Positions 9,999 through 23,221 of a DNA stretch of 64,000 bases are shown in pieces. A model generated the notes under the pieces. The model worked only from the letters and a program-made list of their open reading frames with translations, searched no databases and had not been told where the DNA came from. Origin of the DNA: Octopus sinensis (Eukaryota). Every line of letters begins with the position of its first letter. Positions within the stretch are counted from its first letter, which is position 1. A program made the position numbers and the translations under genes. The stretch is from assembly GCF_006345805.1 (NCBI RefSeq), contig NC_043004.1, positions 43,772,001 to 43,836,000 on the forward strand. The letters run 5' to 3'.

Positions 9999-10346
9999 AA
10001 GGGTAAAGGGTAAAGACCCCCTTCGGTCATGAATGACCATGGGATTGCACCTAGAAAGTTACCCTCCTAGACACAAGTCCGGGCAAGGTTGTTTATGGAA
10101 GACCAGCAGTCGCCCATGCATACCAGCCTCCCCTCTCCACGCCACTGATGTTATCCAAGGGAAAGACAAAGGTCGATACAGCTTGGCAGCAGTGACGTCG
10201 CAACTCATTTCTACAGCTGAGTGAACTGGAGCAACGTGAAATAAAGTGCCTTGCTCAAGAACACAACACGCAGCCCGGTCCGGGATTCGAGCTCACAACC
10301 TCACGATCGTAAGCTCGACGCTCTAACCACTGAGCCATGCGCCTTC
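9999..10346 (-). mobile_element. tRNA-derived SINE, family 3 (CTTTACC tail)
   Basis: The minus strand reads GAAGGCGCATGGCTCAGTGGTTAGAGC (A box), AGCTCGAATCCC (B-box-like), GTGTTCTTGAGCAAGGCAC, CTCAGCTGTAGAAATGAGT and a tail CTTTACCCTTTACCCTTT. Confidence 0.85.
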
Positions 10347-11167
10347 GCATATATATATATATATATATATATATGAATACACACACACACACGCACACGC
10401 ACATTTATTTCGTATGAGTAATGAAGTATAAAGAAAAATGTCGTTGAAATGAAAAGTATACGTTTGCCAGCTTTTTGAACTACCGGTTCAAATTTGTATG
10501 TGTACGAAGTTTTCCGTTTCTCCTTCTTTTTATCGAAGAGGAACTGTATATTTATAAGCCGGATGTATATATTACTGAGAAAGCTGTGTTGTTGACAAAA
10601 TGCAGCTAAGAGGATAATAACAAGGTGAGGAAACGATTGTATTTTAACAATAGGTTCGTCTTTTTTCTACACATGATCGTTATAGATGCGACAGGAGAAA
10701 ATTATAAACAATATAAACTATTCGAAAATATCGCTTACGTGAGGCAAAATACGGAAAATCATTACAGTAGGTGAAAACATATTTATGTCGATAAATAAAA
10801 ACAGGTTCTGAGATTCGAATTTAATGTACATTCAAGCATGTTAATCGAAAACATTGGTCGACTAATGATAATATTTGTAATGCCAAGCTTGAAGGAAACA
10901 TTTCCTGCTCGTCTAATATATAATGACTAGTTATATCTGGGTAGTCTAATGTTATGTACCATCTTGAACTCTTGACAACAAATTGTTACGCAAGTATGAT
11001 ATATATTATATTTCTTGTGGGAAAATGGGTGACACTCTGGTGAATATCTTTTAGGCAAACATACACATGTTGACACCACTGCAGTTAGCTACATAAACAC
11101 TTTAAATAATTAAGAGATATGTTGTAAGAGATCAGTATATTTAAGTTAGAATATTTACTACTTGCAA

Positions 11168-11326
11168 GGCGGCAAGCTGACTGAATCGTTAGCACTCGGG
11201 CAAAATGCTTAGCACCATTCCGATTTCACGTTACCAGTTCAAAATCCGGTGACCTTATTTTTCATTATTTTGAGGTCGATAAAATACGTATCTGTTTAGC
11301 ATTGGGGTCGGTGTAATTGACTTACC
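11168..11326 (+). mobile_element. SINE family 2 (GGCGGCGAGCTGG head), diverged copy
   Basis: GGCGGCAAGCTGACTGAATCGTTAGCA...GAGGTCGATAAAATACGTA...TTGGGGTCGG is colinear with the young copy at 42376-42602. Further decayed copies lie near 12057-12211, 17400-17545, 18700-18930, 28620-28760, 38930-39080 and 45320-45475 (all minus). Confidence 0.7.
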
Positions 11327-12617
11327 AATCACTCGAAATTGCAGGCCTTGTACCAAAATCTTAAAGTAAGATTTATTTCATGGGAAATATTAAAAACATT
11401 TTTGCCTTGCAATGATTTTAGAGCTCAAAATGCAAGATTTTATGTGTTTTGCAAACATGTTCACCATAGAAATAGATCGCAAAGCATGGAAGACCGTCCA
11501 GCTTCGATTTCGTCCGAACAACTATCGCCTAGCATATTTGCTCAAGTGTTTTGCTCTATCATAATGCTTAATCGCCCAGTAACCTTAGGGGTCTTGATAT
11601 GTTGACAACAATGATTGCGACTCGGACACGTGAAGAATGCATGTGTTAGGAAGAATGCATGCATTAGGAACTGTCACTTTTCCGCAAAATTATTTCTCTG
11701 TGCTACCACTCCGAGAGGAACATTCAGGGTATATATACTACTCTAACGTTAAACATAAAAACCAACTTGGATGTTAAATTTAATGCACATAGAGATCTTG
11801 ACACTGCAAAGTTAAACCGATAAGAAGAAACAGCTTGTTCCTAAGTGGGATGTTTTAGAAACAGTTTACGAAATGCCAAAGAAGTATTGGTTTTACAGTA
11901 TATAATACATAGGGACTGGTTTCGTTATATTAGTTTATAATCCTTGCAAAGAGATTAACACACACAATGACAAAATATAAATCGATTTGCAAGTATGCCA
12001 CAGTTGAATCTAATATTAGTTTAAAAATTTGGCGCAAGAGCAGTTACGTCAGGGAAGCGGATACGTCGATTATATCGATCTCAGAATTTAAGTGGTACTT
12101 ATTTTATCGATCCCGAAACTATGAAAGGCAAAGTCGGACCTGGCGGCATTCGAAAACAGAACAGAAAGGCAGCATTCTGCCCGCCGTGCTAACGATACTG
12201 GCAGCTTGCTTATGAAAGAAAACTATAAAAAAGAAAACCAAATGTGCATGCGATCTTCAAACAGACTCTATATATTCGTGATTTATTAGAAATAATAACA
12301 ATGGCTTTCTATCGTATCCTGTTCAAGCATTATCAATAAAGATGTATGAAGTATCTTTTAAGTATTCATTTCAGTTATTTTAGCGATAACAATTTACTGA
12401 GCAACTAAATATATTTTATGAGGACGATGCACCTTCTACAAAATTGCATATAAAATCTTGTAGAAAGAAATTAAAAAAAAGTGATCCATTTATCCAAAAT
12501 GAAGGAAATGACACAGTGCACACGTAGTTATGGATTATTACACCAAATCTTCTAATTCGTAAGTTATTAATTAGTATTGACGTTAACGTGTGTATTTTGT
12601 GTGCACTGGCACATAGG

Positions 12618-12618
<1 letters not shown>

Positions 12619-12707
<89 letters not shown>

Positions 12708-12771
12708 CGTACATATATATGTATAGATACATACATAGATACATACATATACATATATACCTAGTATAAAT

Positions 12772-12825
<54 letters not shown>

Positions 12826-12880
12826 AGTATAAATACATATATATATATACGTATATATATGTGTGTGTGTGTGTGTATTT
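12619..12880. repeat. (TA)n/(CA)n compound microsatellite with repeated CCTAGTATAAATACA blocks
   Basis: Direct inspection. The block occurs twice in direct and once in inverted orientation. Confidence 0.85.
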
Positions 12881-12897
12881 ATATTAGGTATGGTAGA

Positions 12898-13165
12898 TAA
12901 GCTCAATAAAATTTAGATTCAGATGAATATGGTACTTAAGGTGAAGGCACCAGAATTTAGTATGATATCATCCATATAATTTAAAATAAGGTGTTTATAA
13001 TCAAAATAAGCAACAGGTTTATGTAAAGGTAATGGAGTACGATCGTTTCACGTGATTCCATTTAATTGAACAATGCAAATATGTAATGTTTGCATTGTTC
13101 AATTTAATGAAGTCGTATGAAACGAACGCACTGCATTACCACTGGATATCCTTGTTGCTTAATTG

Positions 13166-13260
<95 letters not shown>

Positions 13261-13371
13261 CTATTTTGATAGTATTTACCCTACGGATTTTTATGGATAA
13301 CACCATACGAAATTCTGGTGCATCTAAATTAAGTACCATATTCATTTGAATCTAAATTTTTACTGAACTTA
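12898..13371. repeat. Imperfect fold-back palindrome (~180-bp arms, 3-nt loop); right arm split by (TA)n(TG)n
   Basis: ATTGAACAATGCAAA at 13065-13079 pairs with TTTGCATTGTTCAAT at 13089-13103. The outer AAATTTAGATTCA-ATGAATATGGTACTTAA-GCACCAGAATTT at 12908-12958 pairs with 13311-13360. Confidence 0.8.
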
Positions 13372-14450
13372 TATATATATGTATATATATATATATGTAT
13401 ATGTGTGTGTGTGTGTGTGGTGTGTGTGTGTTTGTGTGTGTGTGTGTATATATATATACATATATATGTATGCAAGTATGTATGAGTGGCGTATGTGTGT
13501 GAGTGTACACGTGAATGTGCACAATAATGTGTGTGAAACAAAAAGACCTTGAACGACATTTTTTTTTTCTGATCTTGAAACCGTTATAATCTTTTCCGGT
13601 ATAATTCCTAAAGATTATGAAGCAATGTGTACGAAAATTAACATTAATTTGCAATTTTCTAGAAAATGATATTTCATTCCAATGTCAAACTAGCTATCGG
13701 ATTATAGTAAGAAATTCATCATAATTTTGTGAGCCGTTACTTAAATACGAAACATATGTTCCATAGAATGCTAGCGGTTACAGATTACCATACTGCTTTT
13801 ATAGAGTTACAAAATTCTATACTAATTCACACTTAACCTTATCATACCGTGTTTTAATAACGCTAAATCATGTTTTGGTATATATTTTACACTTAATTGT
13901 ATATTTATTGAAACTAATTCGATATGCATCGTTCTTTTACTTAGCGATCTATGAACTACGAAGATGATAGTTGTGCTATGAGAAAACACATATACATCAT
14001 TTTAATTAACCGGAACTCATCAGATATCCATTTACGTGCACCGAATCACACAAAAAAAACTATAAGCAAGCGCGTGTGTATGTAATATATTTATAAGTTC
14101 GTGTAACAAATATATGCCTGTAGAGACACACACACGCACACATACACGTGTATATACATATATATATCCATCAATCTATCTATCTGTGTGTGTGTGTGTG
14201 TGTGTGTTATATACATATTCACAGATACGCATATCTGCAGCTGTTACTTTTTACTTTGACATTAATATTTCTTCGATCAAGTCGCAGACGTGGCTGTGTG
14301 GTAAGAGGCTTTCTTCTGAAACACGTAGTTCCGGGTTCTGTATCACTGCTTGATACCTTGGACAAGTACCTATAAGAAATTCCGCGGAGGCCAGCTTTGC
14401 TTTTCATTTTTTTTTCGCTGTTTATAAATTATGTACCAGGTGAATACTAT

Positions 14451-14757
14451 TTATTTTCTTTGTCCTTCTCGAGCCATGGCTGGCTCATAAGGCCCGGTTT
14501 CCCGGTTTCTTGGCGTATAGGTTGCCCACCTGCACGGGGCGCCGGTCCGTCGGGGGTGAGCTGCAAGATGCAGGAGGAAAGACTGAGAGAAAGTTGTGGC
14601 GAAAGTTTCAGCAGAAGTTCGCCATTATCTTCTGCCGGATCCGCGTGGAGCTTAGGTGTTTTCGCTCATAAACACACACATCACCCGGTCTGAGATTCGA
14701 ACCCGCGATCCCTCGACCGCAAGCCCGCTGCTCTAACCACAAGGCCATGTGCCTCTA
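14451..14757 (-). mobile_element. tRNA-derived SINE family 4 with a 14-bp TSD
   Basis: TSD CAGGTGAATACTAT at 14437-14450 and 14758-14771. The head GAGGCACATGGCCTTGTGGTTAGAGC...GGTTCGAATCTC is shared with the copies at 35706 and 61568. Confidence 0.9.
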
Positions 14758-15097
14758 CAGGTGAATACTATGGTTAGTGTAAGCGACTTACTCTTTCCCT
14801 AAAATTGCGTTGGTTTTGTCATATAATTTGAAAAATAATATTTCTTCTCCCTCAAACAAGTCTGCCAAATAAACGACAGCTCGCTTTTCAGACAACGAAA
14901 ATAACAAGATCCTTACATCATTATCAAGCATATCGTGTCTGTGGTGGCCAAAAATATAAAAGTAATTTAGTGTGTTTCATGTATTATATAGATGAGCATT
15001 TGAAGATTTTGTCTGTCCGTGTAGTTTCTTTTTCCATGGGCCATCCTTCATTTCTGCATGTTTAATGCAATTCTATTTAGAAACCATGTGGCATTTA

Positions 15098-15132
<35 letters not shown>

Positions 15133-16809
15133 TTTCTTCAAGATGATTTGCCAGTACAGATAATTTACAAATTTTATATGAATATTACGTACATATATTT
15201 AAAAGGTAAACTTATAGATTAATTCCGCTTTGTAATGATACATTTACCTGATCATCGCACTCCAAAGTAGAACAGCTTCGAATTCTTTCATTAGCCATAT
15301 CATCGTCAAGCCTTACCAACTCATTCCTGCTACTGTACAAGGGAAGCGTTGCTTATTATTACTAATTTTACACACGCGCACATGTTAACATACATACATA
15401 TTTATGTATATACATGCGTGTGTGTGTGTGTGATTTTTGTTTGTACGTGGATATAGAGATGTTAGCATACGTTTATAGCAATTTTATATATTTATATCTG
15501 CATTTATAAACACAGGGTTAGACATTGTCCAACACAAAAATATATCTTTGCATAAACCCTTACTTACATGTTCAACATTCAAATGGAATTTAATTCGCGT
15601 CGGTTGTCCTTGCCATCCTGCGTATCAGATTTTTACTTATAACTGTTGGGGGCTAAGAACAAGAATTGATATTACATCATCCAATGACAGGTAAATGGTT
15701 TTGCAAATATTGGTGCTGTTGTAACAGTACCACTAAGGATGCATCGTTGCTCTTTTCGTTTCTAACTCTCGTTTTTATCCTTCGAATAACATGAATTTCA
15801 CCTGTGTATCATAATAGACCTTCTGCTTTTCCTTACATATCTTATGACCTTTCTTATGCACCATCGTTGGGACAGGGCATCCGGTTTGTCCTGTTATTTT
15901 CAATGTACACTAGAACATCTATATCAGTTTAGTTTCCAATAGACCACATGTTATTCCTAACCACCTGACGTTTCTTTAGTGGCGAATGCACAACTACAAT
16001 GGTAAGGACATCATAAGAACGTATGTAACTCAGAGCTTTTATATTTACTATCATATTGTGTCGAGTTTAATATTTCAGGAGCCGTGCGGGGGTGGGGTGT
16101 TCAAGACCCATCAAACGATATGTCCTTGGGTAAAAGAATGTTCTTCTGTAACTACAAATTTCCACTACCTGAAAATCATTGTCCTCCGTATGTAATGCAT
16201 ACATAAGTAAATTTCATAATCTTTTGTTCTCGAATTAAAATTACATTAGCAAAATGCAAGGAACTTTGTCACAAAACATCTGCTTACAACGTCTAGAATG
16301 GCAGTAACATTTGGCAAGTAATTTTTCTTTCATTGGCACATGTCAATAGTAAAATTTTCCAATTGAATCCTAAATATACTTCGGAAACCACTTTTCAGAT
16401 AACGTTGAAATTGATGATATTAAAAGGGCGGAGATAGACTAGACGATCGATATTTTCCGAATACCATGACACGGAAGAAGAACCACTGAATACTTTGTCA
16501 TCAAGTAAACTAGCTATTTTTAACCGTCTGGCGGAATACATTTCTTTCCTATATTATCACTTCCGGATATCTGTAATCCATACATGATGCAGATGTAATT
16601 CGGGCTAAATTTGTGAAAACTGATATATGTGATTTTCTTACATGTTTTTAATGAACGTTGTATTCTAAGGACTATTTCGATATTAAACAACATATTTTCA
16701 CTACCATTTACTATAGTATGTGGCAGGCAAGGAAAAAAAACAACTTAGGTTTAACCATGAGCGGCATCTCAGTTGCATTAAAGAAAAATATCATTTGATC
16801 AGCTACTAC

Positions 16810-17253
16810 TATCATTTGATCAGCCGAATGGATGCAGGACGGATTTCAAAGGGCCTACTGTACGGACAGCTAGTGGAAGGCTCCAGACCAATGGGATGCC
16901 CCAAAATGCGCTTCAAGGATATCTGCCAGAAGGACCTAAAGCTATGCCAGATCAACACCCTAACATGGGAATCCGCCGCTGCCAACAGAGGCGCCTGGCG
17001 ACACAGTGTCAAGCAGGGTGCCGCGACAGCAGAGAACCTGAGGACCACTACTGCCAAACTAAAGAGAACCAGGCGAAAGGAGCAGCAGCAGCAACCACAT
17101 CTCTCATCCCCTTTCACTTGCACCAGATGTGGTAGAGATTGCCACTCGATGAATTGTCTGCACAGCCACACCAGGACGTGCAGATAAACCCACCACCTTT
17201 TTCCGATCTACACCATCGTCTCTCGAGATGGACGGATGCCGACGACGACGACG
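16810..17253 (+). mobile_element. RTE-clade LINE 3' end, 5'-truncated
   Basis: RMDAGRISKGLLYGQLVEGSRPMGCPKMRFKD...NRGAWR, C-terminal CTRCGRDCH...HSHTRTC* (stop 17187), a short 3' UTR and a (GAC)n tail. Confidence 0.88.
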
Positions 17254-19639
17254 TAATATCTATGGGTGACATCTTTGGCAGTATAATGATGCGTTTAGGA
17301 AAGATAGAATTGTGATAGATACTAAAGTGATCCCACCTGTACACACTTAGTTGGGATCCCATCACATCCAACTTTAGGCTCTATGACATTGTAGTCCTTG
17401 GAATTTGGTGCAGATCAACAGGAAATTAAATGAGGCCTAGTACTTGACTGGTATATTTTTTAAACGTGGAAGGATCAAATCCAAGTATGATAACAGAATA
17501 CTGCGATATGTTTCGTCCGTCATGCTACAGATTCTTCCAAAATCACGGCATAGGTAAAATTTAAAATGTGAATTTCATTAGTTTCAGTTAGTTCATATGC
17601 ATTAGCTTGTACGCGAATCTGAAGCTTCAAAATATTCGTTCTATTTGTGAACATTGTTAAAAAAAGTAATTGTCGCCTGACTTAAATATTTATCCATTCT
17701 GTATTCACTACATTTATTCGGCTTTTATATTGACTTAGTGTTACCATTTAATGAGTGATGCAAAAATATATATATATATATAAAATGCTTCTTTTATGTC
17801 AAGAAAAGTAGAGATGCGATTAAATTGCGTTACATTAGCGAGTGAATGATGTTTTATATATTCATGGAGAGAAAGAAGGTACTTATATGAGCGGCGCAAT
17901 GGCATAAGTTTGAGGGTGAAGAATAAAATTTCCGATATAGTTACTTTTAGACAAATGGGAAATTTCGTAAATAATTGAATTACTGACCATTACGAAAAAC
18001 AGGTTACAAGTTTGCTTTACTATATTATTAGCAATGGTGATGAAAATTTGTAAATGGGTCTACACTGAACGAATAAATGCAGCATACAAGTAACTGAATA
18101 ATGGACAATACATATCCATATATTAGTGCCCCAGGGTTTTTTTTCTCTGTTAATACTGTATTAGTTATTATAGATATGTTAAAAAAAAATCTCTCTCAAG
18201 TTTTTGTAAAAAAAATCGGCAAACATCGCTTATATTCTAAGAAATTTCTTCGATGACAATATTAATCCGTCTCCAAGTTTAACACAACCAATTTACATTG
18301 GACACCTGTGTTCATGAATTTTATAATCTTTGGAATCAGGTCTCCCTCTTTAGGATCAATCTATAAACCATGACTTTTCTCTCGATTTTCCCTACCAATT
18401 ACATCTTATAAATATTTGCAAAGTCTGTCTTTCCTTCTGTGGTTAAGTCATAAAACTATTCTTACTGCTTTTAAAGTATGATGGTGTATTAAAAGGATAT
18501 TTTAAATTTAGTTACAGATATAACAATGGTTTCAAATTTTTGCGCAGTCAGCAGTTCTTTTATTTTCATTTGTCTTTTTTATATTTGTTTTTTTTTTTTG
18601 TTTTTTTTAGAGGAAGAGAGTTCGATAACATCGACTGCTAATTTATTTGTCGACTCCATTAAAGATGAATGCCATTTGAGCTCAAAAGTTAAAGGCAGAC
18701 GCCGCTATGGATTTTGGCCGGCGATGTTCTATTACCTCTCCGCCTTAGTTGAAAGTATATTAATCTTATCTATTATAAGGGAATAAGTTCCCAAATTTCA
18801 AAGAAGTTGCAAGCTAATTACATCGACCTCAGTGTTGAAATGCTACTAATTTAATCGATACCGAAAGCATCTCGATTCCGCAGATGCCTGCTTTGGAAGA
18901 TAGACCTCGGCAGAATTGATATGTTCCGGTTTCAATTAGACCTCATAAATGATCAAATGTATTGCACTCGTGTTTACATTTTTTTAAATGAGTACATAGC
19001 GTTACGCTATTCAGTGTATCGTTGATTTATTAGTTCGATTTAAAGTATATTGCAGTTTTGTTTCTAATTTATTGCGCGACAACGTAGAGTTGAATGCGAT
19101 ACTTTCTACAGAAAAGAAAATTACGAGTTTGTGTTGAAAAATACTGTTTATTATAGTTTACAAAGTCTGTTGAGAGAAACGACTTAACACACTTAGACAC
19201 ACTCATGAAATTCAAAAGAATTTACTTGAATTCTAATGCTGATGGCAACTTCAAATTTCGATCTAGAAAAATAAATGAGAAACCATGCTAGAGCTTATTT
19301 TCTATCATTCCTAAAATACAATTGCTTTATTTCTATTATTCCTTGAATCCATCATACTAGCGGATATAATTACAAACAAATTTGCCGTATAATTATCGGA
19401 AGTTACGTACGCATCTGTGTGCGAACACATGAAGGCAATATTATATCCGAAATCTCCTACTTAAAAATAAAGATGTCATATCAGTTGAGTGATAAAGAAA
19501 ATATCTATTGTAGTATTTCCCTTAAGCAGCACACAACTGAAATGTACCATTATTGAAACTGGCTTCGAAGACGCGATAAAATCTGGAATTATAATTTGCT
19601 TAGAGAGTTATTGTGAAATGCTCCAAAACAACAAGCAAT

Positions 19640-19672
19640 CACATCGACACACAAAAGTACATGAGCATATAC

Positions 19673-19735
<63 letters not shown>

Positions 19736-19779
19736 ATATATAATATATATATATATATGCATATATGCATATATATATG

Positions 19780-19870
<91 letters not shown>

Positions 19871-19885
19871 TGTGTGTGTGTGTAT
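19640..19885. repeat. (TA)n microsatellite
   Basis: Direct inspection. Confidence 0.95.
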
Positions 19886-19969
19886 GCGCTGGTTAAAGAA
19901 ATGTATAGACACTTCAACAGCTGATTATTCGTTTAGTTTTCAATTCTTAGATTTACCTCATTGGAAAAA

Positions 19970-21123
19970 ATGGAATGAGCCAAACGAAGATTTGAACAAT
20001 GAGCTACTAGAAGTTTGGAAATGCGGTCGGAGTTCACAGATTGCTTAGAAGGGATTTTCAAACAGATCCGCCAGCGCGATTTACCATCACTTGAATTTGT
20101 AATAAGTTTGAAGCAGATTCAACAGTTCAGAATGTCCGCAGATATCTACATGCATCACAAAGGAAAAAGAGGGTATTAGAAACGTATAGCTAGGTATGAA
20201 GAAAATGTGATCTGAATTTAAAAACCAATCAATCATCGCATTTTAAAGCGATGTCTTTGGAAAAGTTATATTCGAATACAAGTTCATCCTCCCAATGAAG
20301 ATATTCCTGATAGGAACGTGGAGGAGGTTTGAGAGTGATACTTGGCAGTAAGTGCCGAAGATGCAAATTTTCTAGCATCGATCTTTTGGGGGGATGAGAC
20401 TACATTTATATTAAATGAATCAACGAAGATCCACATGTTCACATAATATAGGTATATGTATGTATATGTGTGTGTGTTTGTGAGTCTGTGTTTGTCCCGC
20501 AAACATCGCTTGAAAACCGATGCTCGTGTGTTTATGTCCCCGTAACTTAGCGGTTCGGCAAAAGAGACCGATATAATAAGTACTTGGCTTAGAAAGAATA
20601 AGCCCTGGGGTCGATTTGGTCGATTAAAGGCAGAGCTGAGAATCCGTACATAACGGATGAACATTATTTTGATTAACCAGTTAAATGTGGTACACTTTAA
20701 CATCAAAAAGGAATAATCGAACGATTGTTACTCGACAACACTGTCACTCGTTACTTTTACTTGATCTTACTGCGATAGCCAGTCATGCCAAACACTGAAG
20801 AGAATTTGAAGCTGTGGAGTTTTATCTACCGCAGGATGGAGTGCTGCGACACTGCCGTACTGAGATTTTGCCAACCAGGTGGATTGGACGAATAACCTCG
20901 GCGCTCCCAGAACCGCATATCACAACACGATTTTATGATTAAATTTAAAACATTGTTTACTGTACAAAAATCACCAACACTCGGTGAATCGAGAACAAAC
21001 GCTGAACGAAAATGTACACAAATATTGAAAGGAATGTTCTTTGATGTTTATGATTTCACAGCTTTGAGTTATCAGCAGAGCGTTGACCTGGACTGTCATT
21101 AGTTTGAACACAGACGTGCATAA
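19970..21123 (+). pseudogene. Decayed Tc1/mariner-superfamily transposase (DD41D-like, WIGR type), interrupted by a SINE
   Basis: Pieces in order: KFGNAVGVHR..RRDFQTDPP..TIT..NKFEA (HTH), FLASIFWGDETTF, ENP, YLPQDG, LPTRWIGR, NIVYCTK, FEHRRA*. Multiple stops and frameshifts. Confidence 0.8.
20455..20632 (+). mobile_element. SINE family 1, 3' part, inserted in the transposase relic
   Basis: TGTTTGTCCCGCAAACATCGCTTGA...GAGACCGATATAATAAGTAC...CCTGGGGTCGATTTG matches the family 1 body. Confidence 0.85.
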
Positions 21124-21532
21124 CAATATATTATTCTGTCTAGAGATTCCGTTACATTTTAAAAAGGGAAATATCTTTTAAATTAACAATGACATTTATA
21201 TACACGCTGTGTATATAAACAGATAGAGTGGTAAATAAATATATAGTTGCAGGCAATCAAAAACTCAAGGCACACAGTCATAAACATATGCAGTGGAGAA
21301 TAATATTCCTAATTTTCCTGTTCAAATCTTGTTTTGTAAGTGGTGTAGTAAAAATAATGTTGGAATTACATCTCAGTTTCATGGGAAAACAGTGATGAAA
21401 TCGGAAAGTGTGTGAGTGCATGGGTGTTTGTGGGTGTATGTACGATCGTGTGTGTGTGTAGAGTCCTTTTACTTTCTTAGTAGAAATTTATTGCCAAACA
21501 TCCAGTGTGTGTTTTTATGTATACATATCTAC

Positions 21533-21547
21533 CCATCTATCAATCTA

Positions 21548-21630
<83 letters not shown>

Positions 21631-21653
21631 ATGTCTATCTATCTATCAATCTA

Positions 21654-21717
<64 letters not shown>

Positions 21718-21723
21718 AATCTA

Positions 21724-21754
<31 letters not shown>

Positions 21755-21777
21755 ATGTCTATCTATCTATCAATCTA

Positions 21778-21837
<60 letters not shown>

Positions 21838-21843
21838 AATCTA

Positions 21844-21903
<60 letters not shown>

Positions 21904-21916
21904 ATCTATCTATCTA

Positions 21917-21962
<46 letters not shown>
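21533..21962 (+). repeat. (ATCT)n tetranucleotide array with higher-order ATCAATCTAT variants
   Basis: Direct inspection. Confidence 0.95.
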
Positions 21963-21963
<1 letters not shown>

Positions 21964-21971
21964 ATGTCTGC

Positions 21972-22209
21972 CTTTACTCTTTTACTTTTACTTGTTGCAG
22001 TCATCTTACTGCGGCCGTGCTGGAGCACCGCCTTTAGTCGACCAAATCGACCCCAGGACTTATTCTTTCTAATCCAAGTACTTATTCTATCGGTCTCTTT
22101 TGCCGATCCGCTAAGTTATAGGGACGTAAACACATGAGCATCGGTTGTCACGCGAAGTTTGGGGGCCAAACACAGACACACAAACACACACACACACAAA
22201 TATATATAT

Positions 22210-22269
<60 letters not shown>

Positions 22270-22320
22270 CCTATATACGACGGGCGTCTTTTCAGTTTCT
22301 GTCTACCAAATCCACTCACA
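21972..22320 (-). mobile_element. SINE family 1, lacking the head
   Basis: Colinear with 72-350. Confidence 0.85.
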
Positions 22321-22807
22321 AGAAGATTACATCAGAGAACCATCTGACTAAAGAGGAGTTATGATGGTGAAGGATATGTAGACTAATTTCTTATCCAAGA
22401 AACTTATCGGTAATTATAGACACGCCCTTAAGAATGCTCCACTCTCGGTTTTCTTTTCTTGTCTTTCTGTCTAGGTAACTGTCATCCCTAATTGTTTTAC
22501 CGTTTGTTTAACGACAAATCAAAAGTAGAACTTTCTATCACCATACTGATCTTGATTAACCCTCTTCCTTCCACTTCTTCTACTTGTCTTCATTCCCCCA
22601 CTATTATAAATTTTCATCCCCCCTTCACCATCTTGTCTTTCTTTTTACTTTCCCAGTATTTCTACTATGTATTCCTAAGGTATTTATATCGTCCCTCTCC
22701 CTGACTTTCGCTCCTATTCTTCTCTCGCACCACTACATGAACTGCGTTTGCCATTTTTTCTCTTGACGAAATAAGCAAGACGTATAATATCCCTAGCGAG
22801 ATACTTG

Positions 22808-23221
22808 GGAGCTTTTCTGTTTGAACGGCAGTTTTTAACATAATTTCTAGATAACTAAAAAAATTTTAACTTCGTATACTGGTAGAATGTGTTTATAAAA
22901 CATCTTTTCTCTTTACTTTATTGAGAAAATTCTATAGTTTGTAAGATATTTGTTGTTTTTCTTCAATTTCTGCAATTTCAACAAATCAATGACGTCCATT
23001 GAGGTAAACAACATTCTGTGCCGTATGAATATGTCCCTCGTTGAAGAAACAGATTGGGTTTATTTACATTTGTGAAGAAAAAAAGATACCCTTCCCCTAC
23101 CCCTAACCCTAACCCTAAAAGAGATTGAAATGCAATAGATCGATTCTAGGGTCATAATTATGGGTGACAATTTCATATGACACGCTAGTAGAAAAAACTG
23201 CCGTTCAAAGCGAAAAGATCC
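22808..23221. mobile_element. 414-bp MITE, ~29-bp TIRs starting GG, 8-bp TSD (Merlin- or MULE-like)
   Basis: The left end GGAGCTTTTCTGTTTGAACGGCAGTTTTT compares with the reverse complement of the right end GGATCTTTTCGCTTTGAACGGCAGTTTTT. GATACTTG lies at 22800-22807 and 23222-23229. Internal (CCCTAA)3 at 23101-23118. Confidence 0.85.

Noticed and set aside
21416-22137. Long ORFs of IYLS/YI/HT/CV repeats here and throughout the track
   Set aside because: They are translations of (ATCT)n, (TA)n and (CA)n microsatellites.
23095-23118. Interstitial telomere or chromosome-fusion scar
   Set aside because: Only three hexamers, located inside a TIR/TSD-bounded MITE.
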